From assembly GCF_001194135.2 (NCBI RefSeq), contig NC_068989.1, positions 23,005,717 to 23,040,155 of the forward strand: a DNA stretch of 34,439 nucleotides, read 5' to 3'. The translations under genes were made by a program, and so were the position numbers. The notes beneath the pieces were generated by a model. That model was not told the DNA's origin and made no database searches. It saw nothing but the letters and a program-made list of their open reading frames with translations. Positions 1 to 10,752 of the stretch are shown here, piece after piece (within the stretch, counting starts at the first letter, position 1; each line of letters starts with the position of its first letter). The DNA is from Octopus bimaculoides (taxonomy: Eukaryota).

Positions 1-99
1 ACGTAACCGTAATAATTCCACAAAAATCACAATTATTTACCGAGACAGTTTTCACAAAGTGACACAAGAGTATTCCAATAATTCACAATAATTCACAGA

Positions 100-157
100 G
101 CCGTTATACCGCGAAGCAGTTCGTCCGGCGTGCTAACGTTTCTGCCAGCTCACCACC
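100..157 (-). mobile_element. SINE family B, 5' head fragment
   Basis: Minus strand GGTGAGCTGGCAGAAACGTTAGCACGCCGGACGAACTGCTT matches the heads of the copies at 9180-9375 and 10465-10678. Confidence 0.7.
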
Positions 158-639
158 GATGATTATATTGAAAGGGACGCAAGGATGGTCTGTTAAAAGC
201 AAAATAAATAAATAAATGAAGGAAGGAAAGCGGGCTGAGATTGATGAATCAAAACGTTCTTCCTCCCATTTGATATATACTTCTGTAGCTGATCGCTACA
301 GGATGTAACGGAACTTTGACGAGAAGGCTGCCATCTTGAGTGGTGGGTCACCAAAATGTATCGACAATGACTGAATGAGGAGACGCATTGGAGAAATGAT
401 TAAGGAACAATATTAATTAATGAAAATGGTCATTTATCTTATATGAATCATAATTTTATTACACTTCTTTTCATATATGAAAACATGCATGACAAAAAGG
501 AAATAACTTGAGAAATAGCGTCGCTAAAATCTATTTTAGCCAAAATTAATATTAACTTATTGTTAAACTAATTTAAACAAGTTGGTGAAATAAACATCAA
601 AGTTGCTTTGCCCCATGTTGAAACTGTGGGAATAACTCA

Positions 640-1580
640 AGTGTTGCAAACTGTTCTGAATCCATCGGAATGTCGGAAACGCTTCCATATTATCAGGAGG
701 TATTTCATTATCACAAATGTTTCGCTCTTTAGCCTGTACGCTTTGCCTGAGTGACGCCGTGAGAACTGAATTAGTTTTCGCCCACAGAAATGTTCCACCA
801 GTAGTGTCTTGTCAAACACAGCCACCTTGAACTGGTAGCAGCTGCTATGTTTATCTCCTTGGTGGCTTTGTTCACTTGTCTGGACTCCAAACCAATATTC
901 AGCTGGAAACAGCGCACCAATCTAGCCGGAAAGCCACGGCAGCCGATTTCAATAGGAAATGGGATCGCGTGCTATCCCTTGACAAGTGTCTCGTCGACAA
1001 AGTCCCGAGTTTTCTTCAACTGGTGAGAAATGTCAAGTCTTTCCTTCCAGGATACTGTGAATTCAGCCATGATAATTGCTGTTACATTCCTGGAGGACAG
1101 GAACAATGTCTGGTCGGAGTGATGTTACCGCCACCTCCTCTAAGAAGACGTGTCTATCCTTCAGGTACACTGGCATCTCTCAGTCTGAGACTGGATATAA
1201 AATAAAAAGCGCCTTCCTTCTCTTTGGCACCTTGTCACTTTCTCTTAAAAGTCGGTACCTTTTGGGCGCAATGGCATGTTTGTTGACCATAATCCTCTGA
1301 AGGTCTATCCATTTGGCAACTTCTGTAAAGACCTTGTCGCGCTTTCACTTGTATCGGCCTTGTATCAGATCCCTAGGTATCGGGTCAAAATTTGGATCAG
1401 GTTGCAACGAGTTGGTTCATACCACTTGCGGAATAGGTTTTCCTCTTTGTCCAATATTTAAAGTTTATTTAGGGTTGGCATGAAGTCAGCGACGGAACAC
1501 ATGAGGAAGGACATTTTTTCAGTTATCAGTACGCTTGAGTTCCCTCCAAGACAGTGAATGCTGGAATCCCACATACAATT
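640..1580 (-). mobile_element. Degraded 3' part of an RLE-type non-LTR retrotransposon, HERO-like
   Basis: Manual minus-strand translation across stops and frameshifts gives SLSWREL...KMSFLMCSVADFMPT, QGRYK*KRDKVF, VTSLRPDIV, AEFTVSWKERL, PIEIGCRGFPA and SSRWLCLTR (stop near 771). This is the PD-(D/E)xK restriction-like endonuclease region with motif order typical of HERO-type elements. The clade call is from recalled motifs. Confidence 0.8.
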
Positions 1581-2092
1581 CAGCTTCCATTTCACTACGA
1601 AAACTACTCGTTGCAAATGACTAATATAGAATTTAGATTTAAACTTCTTTCACGATATTACAAGAATTTGTATTACAAAATTACACACACATAAAAAGAC
1701 ATATTTCCCTCATTACTGTGACGTAGAAAGGGCTTTCAGGGCCCGAAGGTGAAAACACTTTTTTGCGCCCTCACTTTTATTAATAAGTATACTAGAATAC
1801 AAAAGATTTCGCCGCCTCCACCCCTAGGTGCGTCAGGGAACACACCCTCGCTACACTTCTGATTCTTTCATTAGAAACTAAACCTGAAGGTAAAGTAAAT
1901 CGTTTTCAATTTCTGCTTAAAAAGCGGAAAACTAGGAATGAGATCTGCAGGAGATATAACTGCTATTTTTAGCATGTTGAGAGACTGAGTACAAAAGGGG
2001 TTCTCCCGTTAGTTGGTGTGAATGTGTGTGTATTTATGTGTGCGTTAATGTTTTCGGATTCTGCTTTCATAATTTATATCAAATATAGTTTC

Positions 2093-2185
2093 CAGAAACG
2101 GTAGCGTGCAATGGGTGATATTTTCTTCGTAACTCCAAGTTCCAGAGTTCAAATTTCAGTGAGGTCGACTTACTTTTGATCTTTA
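2093..2185 (+). mobile_element. SINE family B, degraded fragment
   Basis: GAAACGGTAGCGTGC...GAGTTCAAATTTCAGTGAGGTCGACTT resembles the family B head and B-box region. Confidence 0.5.
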
Positions 2186-2189
2186 TCTT

Positions 2190-2423
2190 TTGTTTGTTTC
2201 AGTGAAAAAAAAAACTATGGCCACGCTGGGGCACTACCTCGAAGAATTTTAGTCGAACAAATCAACCCCCCAGTACTTATTACTATTTTAAAGCCTGATA
2301 CTTATTTTATCGGACTGTTTTGCCAAACCGCTACGTTATGGGGGCGTGAACAAACTAAAGCCGTTTGTCAGGTGGTAGTGGGCAGGACAAACAGAGACAT
2401 ACATGCACACGCACACACGTATG
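2190..2423 (-). mobile_element. SINE family A, 3' half plus start of the internal microsatellite
   Basis: Matches the tail of the copies at 16250-16420 and 24259-24440 (AATAAGTA...GGGGGTTGATTTGTTCGACTAAA...CCCAGCGTGGCC). It is cut off by the Tc1 insertion at TA 2424-2425. Confidence 0.75.
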
Positions 2424-2425
2424 TA

Positions 2426-3179
2426 CAGAGGTTGGACCAAATAATGGAAACACCTTGCATCATAATTTTGAAATATCTATAAAACCATCAAAAGCTTGTT
2501 TATTTTTATGTTTTTTTTATTTATTATTAGTGTTGCTTAATATGTTTTGCTAAAATTGCTGTTTCTTTTCAGATATTATCAGGAAAAGGTAATTAAAATT
2601 CATTAAAATGACAGATCTATCGGACTTTCAAAGAGGTCAAATTGTTAGTGTTCGCATGGCAGGCGCTAGCATAATGAAAACAGTCGAAATGTTTGGTGTA
2701 TCAAGAAGTACTATCTCGAAAGTAATGACAGCTTTTGAGAAAGAGGGAAAAATCTCCTTGTCGAAACAAAACTCTGGAAGAAGACCAAAACTTTCAGACA
2801 GGGACCGTCGAATTCTTACGTGAATTGTTAGAAAGGATCACAAAAGTACAGCTCCCAAAATTACTGCAGAGCTTAATTACCACATCGAGAACCCAGTTTA
2901 CACAAAAACTGTTTGCCGGGAGCTGCATAGAGCTGGATTTCACGGGAAGGCTGCAATCAGAAAATCACTACTTTCAAAAACAAACGTTGCAAAACGTTTA
3001 GAGTGGAGTAAATACCTACAGAATTGGTCCCTAGAGCAGTGGAAGAATGTTATTTTCCCGGACGAGTCATCCATTACCTTATTTCCGACCACTGGCCGAG
3101 TATACATGTGAAGACAGCCAAAAGAAGCATTTGACTCAGACTGCCTTCTTCCAACTGTTAAACATGGAGGAGGATCTTT
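2426..3179 (+). mobile_element. Tc1-like DNA transposon, left part (runs into gap)
   Basis: TA at 2424-2425 is followed by CAGAGGTTGGACCAAATAATGGAAACACC, a typical Tc1 terminus, and a transposase frame follows. The right TIR is not visible and is probably in the gap at 3180-3904. Confidence 0.85.
2608..3179 (+). pseudogene. Tc1 transposase, N-terminal ~190 codons with two in-frame stops
   Basis: A single frame reads MTDLSDFQRGQIV...GRRPKLSDRDRR (paired-like HTH and GRPR-like linker)...WKNVIFPDES (first catalytic D)...TVKHGGGS. TGA stops at 2821 and 3109; no frameshift. Confidence 0.9.
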
Positions 3180-4114
3180 NNNNNNNNNNNNNNNNNNNNN
3201 NNNNNNNNNNNNNNNNNNNNNNNNNNNNNNNNNNNNNNNNNNNNNNNNNNNNNNNNNNNNNNNNNNNNNNNNNNNNNNNNNNNNNNNNNNNNNNNNNNNN
3301 NNNNNNNNNNNNNNNNNNNNNNNNNNNNNNNNNNNNNNNNNNNNNNNNNNNNNNNNNNNNNNNNNNNNNNNNNNNNNNNNNNNNNNNNNNNNNNNNNNNN
3401 NNNNNNNNNNNNNNNNNNNNNNNNNNNNNNNNNNNNNNNNNNNNNNNNNNNNNNNNNNNNNNNNNNNNNNNNNNNNNNNNNNNNNNNNNNNNNNNNNNNN
3501 NNNNNNNNNNNNNNNNNNNNNNNNNNNNNNNNNNNNNNNNNNNNNNNNNNNNNNNNNNNNNNNNNNNNNNNNNNNNNNNNNNNNNNNNNNNNNNNNNNNN
3601 NNNNNNNNNNNNNNNNNNNNNNNNNNNNNNNNNNNNNNNNNNNNNNNNNNNNNNNNNNNNNNNNNNNNNNNNNNNNNNNNNNNNNNNNNNNNNNNNNNNN
3701 NNNNNNNNNNNNNNNNNNNNNNNNNNNNNNNNNNNNNNNNNNNNNNNNNNNNNNNNNNNNNNNNNNNNNNNNNNNNNNNNNNNNNNNNNNNNNNNNNNNN
3801 NNNNNNNNNNNNNNNNNNNNNNNNNNNNNNNNNNNNNNNNNNNNNNNNNNNNNNNNNNNNNNNNNNNNNNNNNNNNNNNNNNNNNNNNNNNNNNNNNNNN
3901 NNNNTTCATATGGAAAAAAGACAAAGTAGAAAATGCTAAAATACTTTTATAAAAAACATTTCAGTACCTGTTTCGATCCATGAGATCTTTTCAACGGTAA
4001 ATATGGATAACAAATTTTGGAAAAATTAAATTTTGGCAAATTCAAATGAAAAGTCTTTTTGAAAACCTATTTGTATAGTATTCAAATACCAGGGGCATTT
4101 TTCTTGTTTCTGTT

Positions 4115-5050
4115 TCACTTGTTAACTCTTGTGGGTTCGAGGTCGTTGTCACAGTTATGTTCCCAACGTTGTCCTTTAATTACATACATCATGTTTCTTG
4201 ATCTTTTAGTTACAGAACCATCTTCCCAGCCTTCTTTACCAATTTTGTAAATTTTAAAATGAACTTTATCTCCTACTTCGAAATGATTTGTTGCGTTTTC
4301 TATATTTCCTTTAAATATATCTTTTCTTGGCAATAATTTATCGAAGACCGATTTTATTTTTCGCCCGAACATCAACTCTGCCGGAAACTTTCCTGAACTG
4401 ATATTCGGACTGGGCATTACTCTATATACCCGCAAGAATTTCGTTAGTGATTCGTCATTTCCTACGGCATTCCTTGCTTTTATCTAGCGCACACTTGAAA
4501 ATATCATCGAATCTTTTTACCTGCCCGTTTGACCTTGGGAGGAAGGGCGGGGTAAATATATGCTTTATCGCATGCATTTTGCAGAAACTTTCGAATTTAT
4601 GACCTGTAAATTGTGTTTCATTATCTGATACGAACTTGTCTGGAATACCACATCGGGCAAAGAATTCATACAGGAACTTTATTGTTGTCTTTGCGGTTGG
4701 TTTATTGAACCTGCATATCTCTAGCCACTTTGTACCGCTATCAACAACGATTAGATAATATGTGCCCGTTCACCGGTCCAGCGTAGTCGATATGTATTCT
4801 GGACCACGGACTATCTGTTTCAGGCCACTGTTGGTATTTTACCGGTGGTGCTTTGGTTGTATAGCGCACATGATTATACACAATTTTCAATGTCCCAGTC
4901 CATTGTCGGCCAATATACATAGCTCCTCATTAAGGCTTTCATTCTCGACATTTCCGCTGCAATACTTGTTTCTGTAGTGCAGTTGGTACTACTACTCTTT
5001 GCACGTACATTAAAACATCGTCGCATAATGGAAAATGATTCGAATTTGTA
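4115..5050 (-). pseudogene. Gypsy integrase, frameshifted
   Basis: RMKALMRSYVYWP, WSRIHIDYAGP, VVDSGTKWLE, GIPDKFVSDN, SNGQVKRF, PAELMFGRKIKS and GDKVHFK motifs spread over several frames. Confidence 0.9.
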
Positions 5051-5159
5051 TTTTTATTTTGCTTATTTTCAACATCTCGTTCATTCTCGTAATGTAATTA
5101 TCCTCTGCGGATTTCATTTTCATATCCTGCACCATCACTGACAATTCGTGAATCACATT

Positions 5160-6580
5160 ATACACAAAGTTTTTAATTACTTTTTTCTTCAATTCAGCTA
5201 CTGAGTTCATTTCACTAGTGGGGTTGCCATTTAATTTTTTACAGTACCGGCTTATTGGGAGATCCCAGAAATCAAATAATTTTAACCAGTCCGTACCAAA
5301 CAGATTGTTTGCGATCTTTAAGACGAATAAATTCGCTTCGCAAATTTTTCCTTGAACTGTGACATCATTCCACATTTTGCCTACAAAGTGTAGTTTGTCA
5401 CTCGTCACGCCACTTGCAGTTTTCGCTTATTTTCTTAACATAGGTCTCCCTATTTTCTTCCACGTGTCGGTGTTTATGATTGAAATGTCACTACCAGTAT
5501 CCAGTTGTAATTCAATATTTGCTTTTACGTGTACATATTTCCTTATTTGGGAGCCGATTTTACTTTCTGCTGAGAGCACTTTAGAATTTTTACTTTTGAC
5601 CTTTGTAATTTTGTTCTGCAGTGCGAACTCTTGTATCCAAAATTTTGACCACTGTAACATTTTTGGCTTATAAAAGGACAATCTTTTCTGAAATGTAGGT
5701 CTTAACATCCGTAACATGGATTAGGACCTAACAATCGCCTTTGGTTATACTGTCTCGGTCGACGTATCTGTATTTTTGCTAAATCTTTTTCTTGAAATTT
5801 TGTAACGTCGTGTTTCAGGTTCACCATCCTTCGACACTCTTCTACAACAGTCTGTAGGGTTAAATCTTGGTTCGCTTGTTAGTTTTGAAATAATTTTTGC
5901 CCGTATTTCTTTATCTTCATTTGTTGTAATTTCTTGTACGAAAATGTGGCACTTAAACATCTCAGAAGTAGGTTCTTAAAGTTTAAAACTTTCACACATT
6001 CTGTTGACTGTTCCTGCATACGTAATAAAGTCATCATCCTCTTTTTTTAGTTAAATTCCAACACTCCACTCGAATGTTAAATAGAGAAGTTTTATCACCG
6101 AACATGTTAGACAGTAATTTGATTGATTTCTGAAAACAAATTTCACTAGACTTGTTGGGCAATATGAAATTACAGTATCGTTCATGCTCAGACGGAGCTA
6201 AATTGCGTGATAATAGCCTTACTATTATTACGTGCAATCTTCCTTAAATGTCTTGCAATTTTCATTAAAAAGTCTCCACGTACCTTCTGTAGTATGCTGC
6301 AAAAGTCATACCCCTCTGGGTTATAACTGAATACTGTTATGGAGTTCGATACGCCGTCTGGTGAAAACGAACTTACCACATTTTCGAACTTCTTTGTGTA
6401 TAGCTCCAATAATTGTTGTTGTTGCTGTAGTTGTTGCTGTACTAGTTGCTTCTGCAACTCCTGTTGTTGTTCTTGTTGTTGCTCTAGTTGTTGCTGTACT
6501 AGTTGCTTCTGCAACTCCTGTTGCTGTTCTTGTTGTTGCTTTTGCAACTGTATTATAGAAGCTAATAGGTCTTCCATCAT
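5160..6580 (-). pseudogene. Gypsy gag and aspartic protease, frameshifted
   Basis: Q-rich N-terminus, gag core, two CCHC-like knuckles, and protease LQLDTGSDISII...NLFGTDWL. Confidence 0.85.
6428..6541. repeat. 57-bp tandem duplication inside the Q-rich gag N-terminus
   Basis: The unit starting TAGTTGTTGCTGTACTAGTTGCTTCTGCAACTCC occurs at 6428 and 6485; it encodes QQQEQQQELQKQLVQQQL(E/Q) twice. Confidence 0.9.
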
Positions 6581-6633
6581 TTAACAAGTTGTATCACGAA
6601 CAAATTGTTAAATAACCTAAGTGAGCTTCGAAA

Positions 6634-6645
6634 CCTGCGTCGCCA
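6634..6645 (-). promoter_or_regulatory. Primer binding site
   Basis: TGGCGACGCAGG lies 2 nt after the LTR terminal CA. It resembles the TGGCGACG-type PBS (tRNA-Ser-like) that I associate with Mag-clade elements. Confidence 0.75.
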
Positions 6646-6647
6646 GA

Positions 6648-6935
6648 TGTTCTATCTTCCGTCTCCGTGGTACCGTCAGATATTGTGACATGTTTAGATA
6701 CACTGTACCAGTTTTGTAACAGTAAACAAGATAATGATACAGCCATAATAACAACGTAACGATCCAACAAACTCTTCACGAACCAACAATCAATATTCCA
6801 AACAAATTAACCAACCGATACCTTCCGATTTCACTGCGAACTCAAATCGGACTAACACACTCCGACCGCTACTATTTATAATCGTTCGATCCAGTCTATC
6901 TCTCGCAAGGGGGCATCGTAACTCTCATCACAACA
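6648..6935 (-). repeat. 5' LTR (~288 bp)
   Basis: TGTTG...AGAACA termini and an internal TATAAATA. Homologous to 27249-27532 and directly followed by the PBS. Confidence 0.85.
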
Positions 6936-7309
6936 TATGTAAACATCAATATGCAGTTATATATACTATCATGTATATCGCTCTCTTTTAAGTCACACTA
7001 ATCAAACATTTCCATGTCTTTTGTATGTTACACCATGTTTTGTCGGAAAAATGTTGTGGTCAACATTTTGTCTGATGAGATGTTTTTGTTGGTAACAAGT
7101 GAGTTCATTCATGGAAAGATACATAAGACCACATGTGTCCCTGACCAAGTTTACCTCATTAACTTCACAAATTGTGCATTTTTGTGAAGCTCGTTTAAAT
7201 TAGCATGAAAATGCGCGCTTTTTTCAAAAACATCCGTGCCAATCTCTACTCTTTTTTCCCACTGGTAGGATCAAAAACATTTCTTTCTAGTTAACTTCTT
7301 TTATTTCAG

Positions 7310-7441
7310 ATGTTTTCAAGAAGGACTTATTACATTCATTTAAACACAGCCTTGGTTCTGCTGAAAATACTTTCCATATACCAGCTCACTTTATGACATC
7401 TGGGGACCCTGTGATCGTTCGTGTTACGTGTCCGATCCAAC
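7310..7441 (+). CDS. Candidate internal coding exon (132 bp, phase 1-1) of an unidentified host gene
   Basis: Acceptor GTTAACTTCTTTTATTTCAG and donor AAC|GTAAAT. Only one frame is open: DVFKKDLLHSFKHSLGSAENTFHIPAHFMTSGDPVIVRVTCPIQ. I recognise no homolog. Confidence 0.4.
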
Positions 7442-8187
7442 GTAAATAGTGCTTGGGTACCATTACTTGAGTCTTAATACTTTAGCTCCTCTCAAAATCT
7501 TTCTCTGGAGTCGATAAGAACCGGCTAACATTCGGAATATGTCNNNNNNNNNNNNNNNNNNNNNNNNNNNNNNNNNNNNNNNNNNNNNNNNNNNNNNNNN
7601 NACTTTTGTCTCGCGTATAGCAATGGTTGCAGGCGAGATCTCTCTACGGCGCTGGCTTCTTTGTGCGTCGCTACAGTTCTGTGATTGTGCACATAAAATC
7701 CATTTGCTTAACCTATCAGAAATTCGCTGTTATCTTGGACCAAATAGGGATTAACCTAGATCAACCGAATTTACTTTTCAATTACGGTGACCGAACTTAG
7801 CTTTGAGCTTGATATGCACTGACGATCCCATAAAAAAATTTTTTTGTCAGAGCTAGAAAGCATTTTACCGTCTTGTATACATGCTAACAAGCTTCTTCCA
7901 CGCGAGCCTCGAGCTCTTTACCTTCTTCATTACCCGTGCTTATCGGCAGACTGCTATAAAGAAACCGGACAAGAGGTACTTACGGTGCCAACGGACTGTT
8001 ATTCACAATACAAATGTTTGCATTTTTACCCAACTCGCGCAGTTAGGTATTTAAGTAACAATTGAATAAGATTTTCAATAAATTATTGACTATCTTTCAT
8101 CACTTCATACAATACACGCAGTAATTATTTAGTTACATATCTCTGATGAAAGATCTCAGCAACCTTTACACAACAATCATAAAAAAA

Positions 8188-8734
8188 CAGGGTGTCATAG
8201 AATTAACTATTTATTTCAATGAAATCGGGAAAAAATTTTTAAACTGACAGAATTTTATGTTTATTACTTAATCATGCTACCAAAACAAATAGATTTATAA
8301 ACCCTACGTCAAAAATTTATTGAGAATTTTCAATATGTGCTCCATCTGTATCTCTTCAAATTTCAAATCTATCCTTAGTATTGCGAAACACATTTTGAAG
8401 CATTTCAGGAGTTAGCTCTTTCACTGCTAATTGAATGCGTTCTTTAAATTCAGCTAAACTATTGTTCCATCCTGGAATTGAAGTAGAGAAAATAATTGCA
8501 GCCAAATGTTTTAAAAAAAAGCTGTCGTGGGAAGATAAGCGGGAATCAAATGGAATGAAAATAAAATTATTAAAAAAATATATAAAATTATTTAAAAAAA
8601 AATAAAATTATAAACAAAATCAGAAATTTATACACTTTTAATACATATTAAACATGTTTGACTTGAATAAAAGTGAGTTTTTTAAAAAATTGACCGATTT
8701 CACTGAAACAGATAGTTAATTCTGGGACACCCTG
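8188..8734 (-). mobile_element. Non-autonomous, internally deleted Tc1/mariner-superfamily element (547 bp)
   Basis: About 41-bp imperfect TIRs (CAGGGTGTCATAGAATTAACTATTTATTTCAATGAAATCGG / CAGGGTGTCCCAGAATTAACTATCTGTTTCAGTGAAATCGG) with TA on the right. The minus strand keeps the transposase C-terminus SLAEFKERIQLAVKELTPEMLQNVF...DGAHIEN. Confidence 0.85.
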
Positions 8735-9179
8735 TATTTATCCATCACAAAAAAGAAAGGATGGGAAAATAAAAGACATCGGTACACAGGTATAAAAGAG
8801 AAACTTTTGTCAGCCTTGAGATGCCATGTTAAGACCAGACAACCCGAGACTCCTCAAGAGTTTTGAAAAATCAATTGTTCTCTAAAACGTTGGAGATATT
8901 CACCATTTAAGAAGCAAGAAAGGCTGTACTGTCCATGCTAGTAATTCTCAACGAGGGCATATGCCCCACCGGTGGACCTGGGAAAATTGTGGGGAGGAGT
9001 GAGGAATTATGAAAAACTTCTCTCCTCCACCCCAGCAAACTTGCTGCACCTATACTCAGCCTAGCCAAACCAGTCTCTCCAGTGAAGCATACTGTGTGAC
9101 GACTTTATTAAAAGTATAGCGCTATTCTAATGCCCAAGTTTAGATATTTCTTTAAGGAAAGTAGATAATTATGAAATAT

Positions 9180-9375
9180 TGATTTCAAATTTTGGTACAA
9201 GGCCAGCAATATCGGAGGAGAGGTAAGTCGATTAAGGTACTTCGTTTATCGCCCTCGAAAGGATGAAAGGCAAATTCAACACCGGCGGCATTTGAACTCA
9301 GAACATTAAGTCAGAAGAAATGCTGCTAAGCATTTCTTTTTCCGGCGCAGTAAGGACTCTGCCAGCTCACCGCCT
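9180..9375 (-). mobile_element. SINE family B, near full length
   Basis: GGCGGTGAGCTGGCAGA...GTTCTGAGTTCAAATGCC...GCCTTTCATCCTTTCG...TCGACTTACC...GGCCTTGTACCAAAATTTGAAA, with Pol III A/B-box-like motifs. Matches 10465-10678. Confidence 0.8.
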
Positions 9376-9779
9376 TATAGTTACGAAATATTAGAAATAA
9401 TGTTGTTTTTTCCAAAGACCGGTGGAGCATACATTTTTCTGAAAAGTTATAGTAGGACCTGAGGAAAAAATACTGATCCAAGCGGACAATCCACTCTATT
9501 ATTTTTAGTTGTGTTCCTTCATTTAAGATTTATGGTTGGAATGTAATAACGATCTCGCACAAATGAAAAATACTGACCCTAAAATAGGGAAATATAACCC
9601 GTAATAATTTTTGCGTATCTTCAGTAATATGTGCATCAAGGTTTCAGTCATCTGCATTAAGGAAATCGCGACAAAAGAACTGAAAGATTTTCGCGCTGGC
9701 AGTAAATCTCCGCAATTTCAAGACATAACCGAAAGATCGGTATCCCACGTATCTTAGAAGTGCAACCTTTTGGGTCAGG

Positions 9780-10170
9780 TGCAAGAGTGACTATGTTGTA
9801 AAGAAGCTTGCGTTCTAATCATGAGTTCTTGAGTTCAGTCCCACTGTGCGGCACATTGAGCAAGTGTTTTCTATTATAGCCCCGGGTGGGCCAAAGCCTT
9901 GTGAGTGAATTTGTTAGCGGAAACTGAAAGAAGAATGTCATATGTGTGTGCGTGTGTATGTCTTTATGCTTATGTTATGTATGTCACCCACCACCACTTG
10001 ACAACAGGTGTTGGTTTGTTTACGCCCCCGTTAACTAGCGGTTCAACAAAAGAAACCGATAGAATATGTACCTGGCTTTTAAGAATACTAAATTCGTCGA
10101 TTTGTTCGATTAAACCTTTCAAAGCGATGGCCTAGCATGGCCGCAATCCAGTGAGTGAAACAAGTAGAAG
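9780..10170 (+). mobile_element. SINE family A, full length, degraded
   Basis: tRNA-like head (GAGTTCAGTCCCACTG), CORE-like TTGAGCAAGTG, short internal GT-rich tract, and conserved tail ending GAAACAAGTAGAAG. Confidence 0.8.
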
Positions 10171-10174
10171 TATG

Positions 10175-10740
10175 TGTGATGGTGGGTGGTCTATTAAGAA
10201 GTTCGTTTTCTAACCGTGCAGTTTCGAGTTCGGGTTCAGTCCCACTGTACGGCGTCTTCGATAAGTGTCTTCTACTACAGTCCTGGGTTGACCAGTAGCT
10301 TGCAAGCGAATGTAGTACGCAGAAATAGTGTTGAAATACGCTGTAAGTACATATGTGCGTATTTTTATGTTTGTTTTTGCCAGCCAGTGTTGGTTTGTTT
10401 ACGTCCCAGCGAAATTAGTAGTTAGGCCAATAAAATAAGTACCAGACATACAGAATATATATCGGTTTCAAATTTTGGCTCAAAACCAGGAAGTTCGGCA
10501 GAAAGGGTAAGCAGATTACATCGTCCCCAGTGCTCAGCTAGAATTTATTTTATGGACCCTGAAACGATTATAGGCAAAGTGGACCTCGGTGGAATTTGAA
10601 CTCAGAACGTGAAGATGAACGAAATGTCGCTAAGCATTTCGCTCGGCGAGTTAACGATTGTGCCAGCTCACTGCCTTACTTAAAGAATAAATATTGGGAT
10701 CAATTTATTCGACTAAGCCCTCTAAGGTGGTGCATTGGAT
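10175..10740 (+). mobile_element. SINE family A, interrupted by a family B SINE
   Basis: Head at 10190-10330 and tail to AATAAGTACCAG at ~10445. The tail resumes at ~10690 (GGGATCAATTTATTCGACTAAG) after the family B insert. Confidence 0.7.
10465..10678 (-). mobile_element. SINE family B, near full length
   Basis: GGCAGTGAGCTGGCACA...GTTCTGAGTTCAAATTCCACCGAGGTCCACTTTGCC...CACTGGGGACGATG...AAAATTTGAAACC. Confidence 0.8.
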
Positions 10741-10752
10741 AGTGTGTATATA

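Larger units (their letters stand above)
3960..6935 (-). mobile_element. Gypsy LTR retrotransposon (Mag-like), internally deleted: LTR-PBS-gag-PR-[no RT/RH]-IN
   Basis: 5' LTR, PBS, gag (RNLAPSEHERYCNFILP; two degenerate CCHC knuckles CYGC*DLHFRKDC and CYSGQNFGYKSSHC), protease LDTGSD, and integrase RIHIDYAGP...LIVVDS...VSDNETQF...SNGQVKR. No YxDD RT region lies between PR and IN. The 3' boundary is approximate. Confidence 0.9.

Noticed and set aside
670-770. CGAAAC...CTGATAA in the HERO-like 3' UTR as a ribozyme core
   Set aside because: The core is degenerate and has no properly placed UH cleavage site or stems.
6321-6587. Cys-rich (metallothionein-like) and Thr/Ala-rich (mucin-like) ORFs
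   Set aside because: They are alternative frames and strands of the Q-rich CAA/CAG repeat in Gypsy gag.
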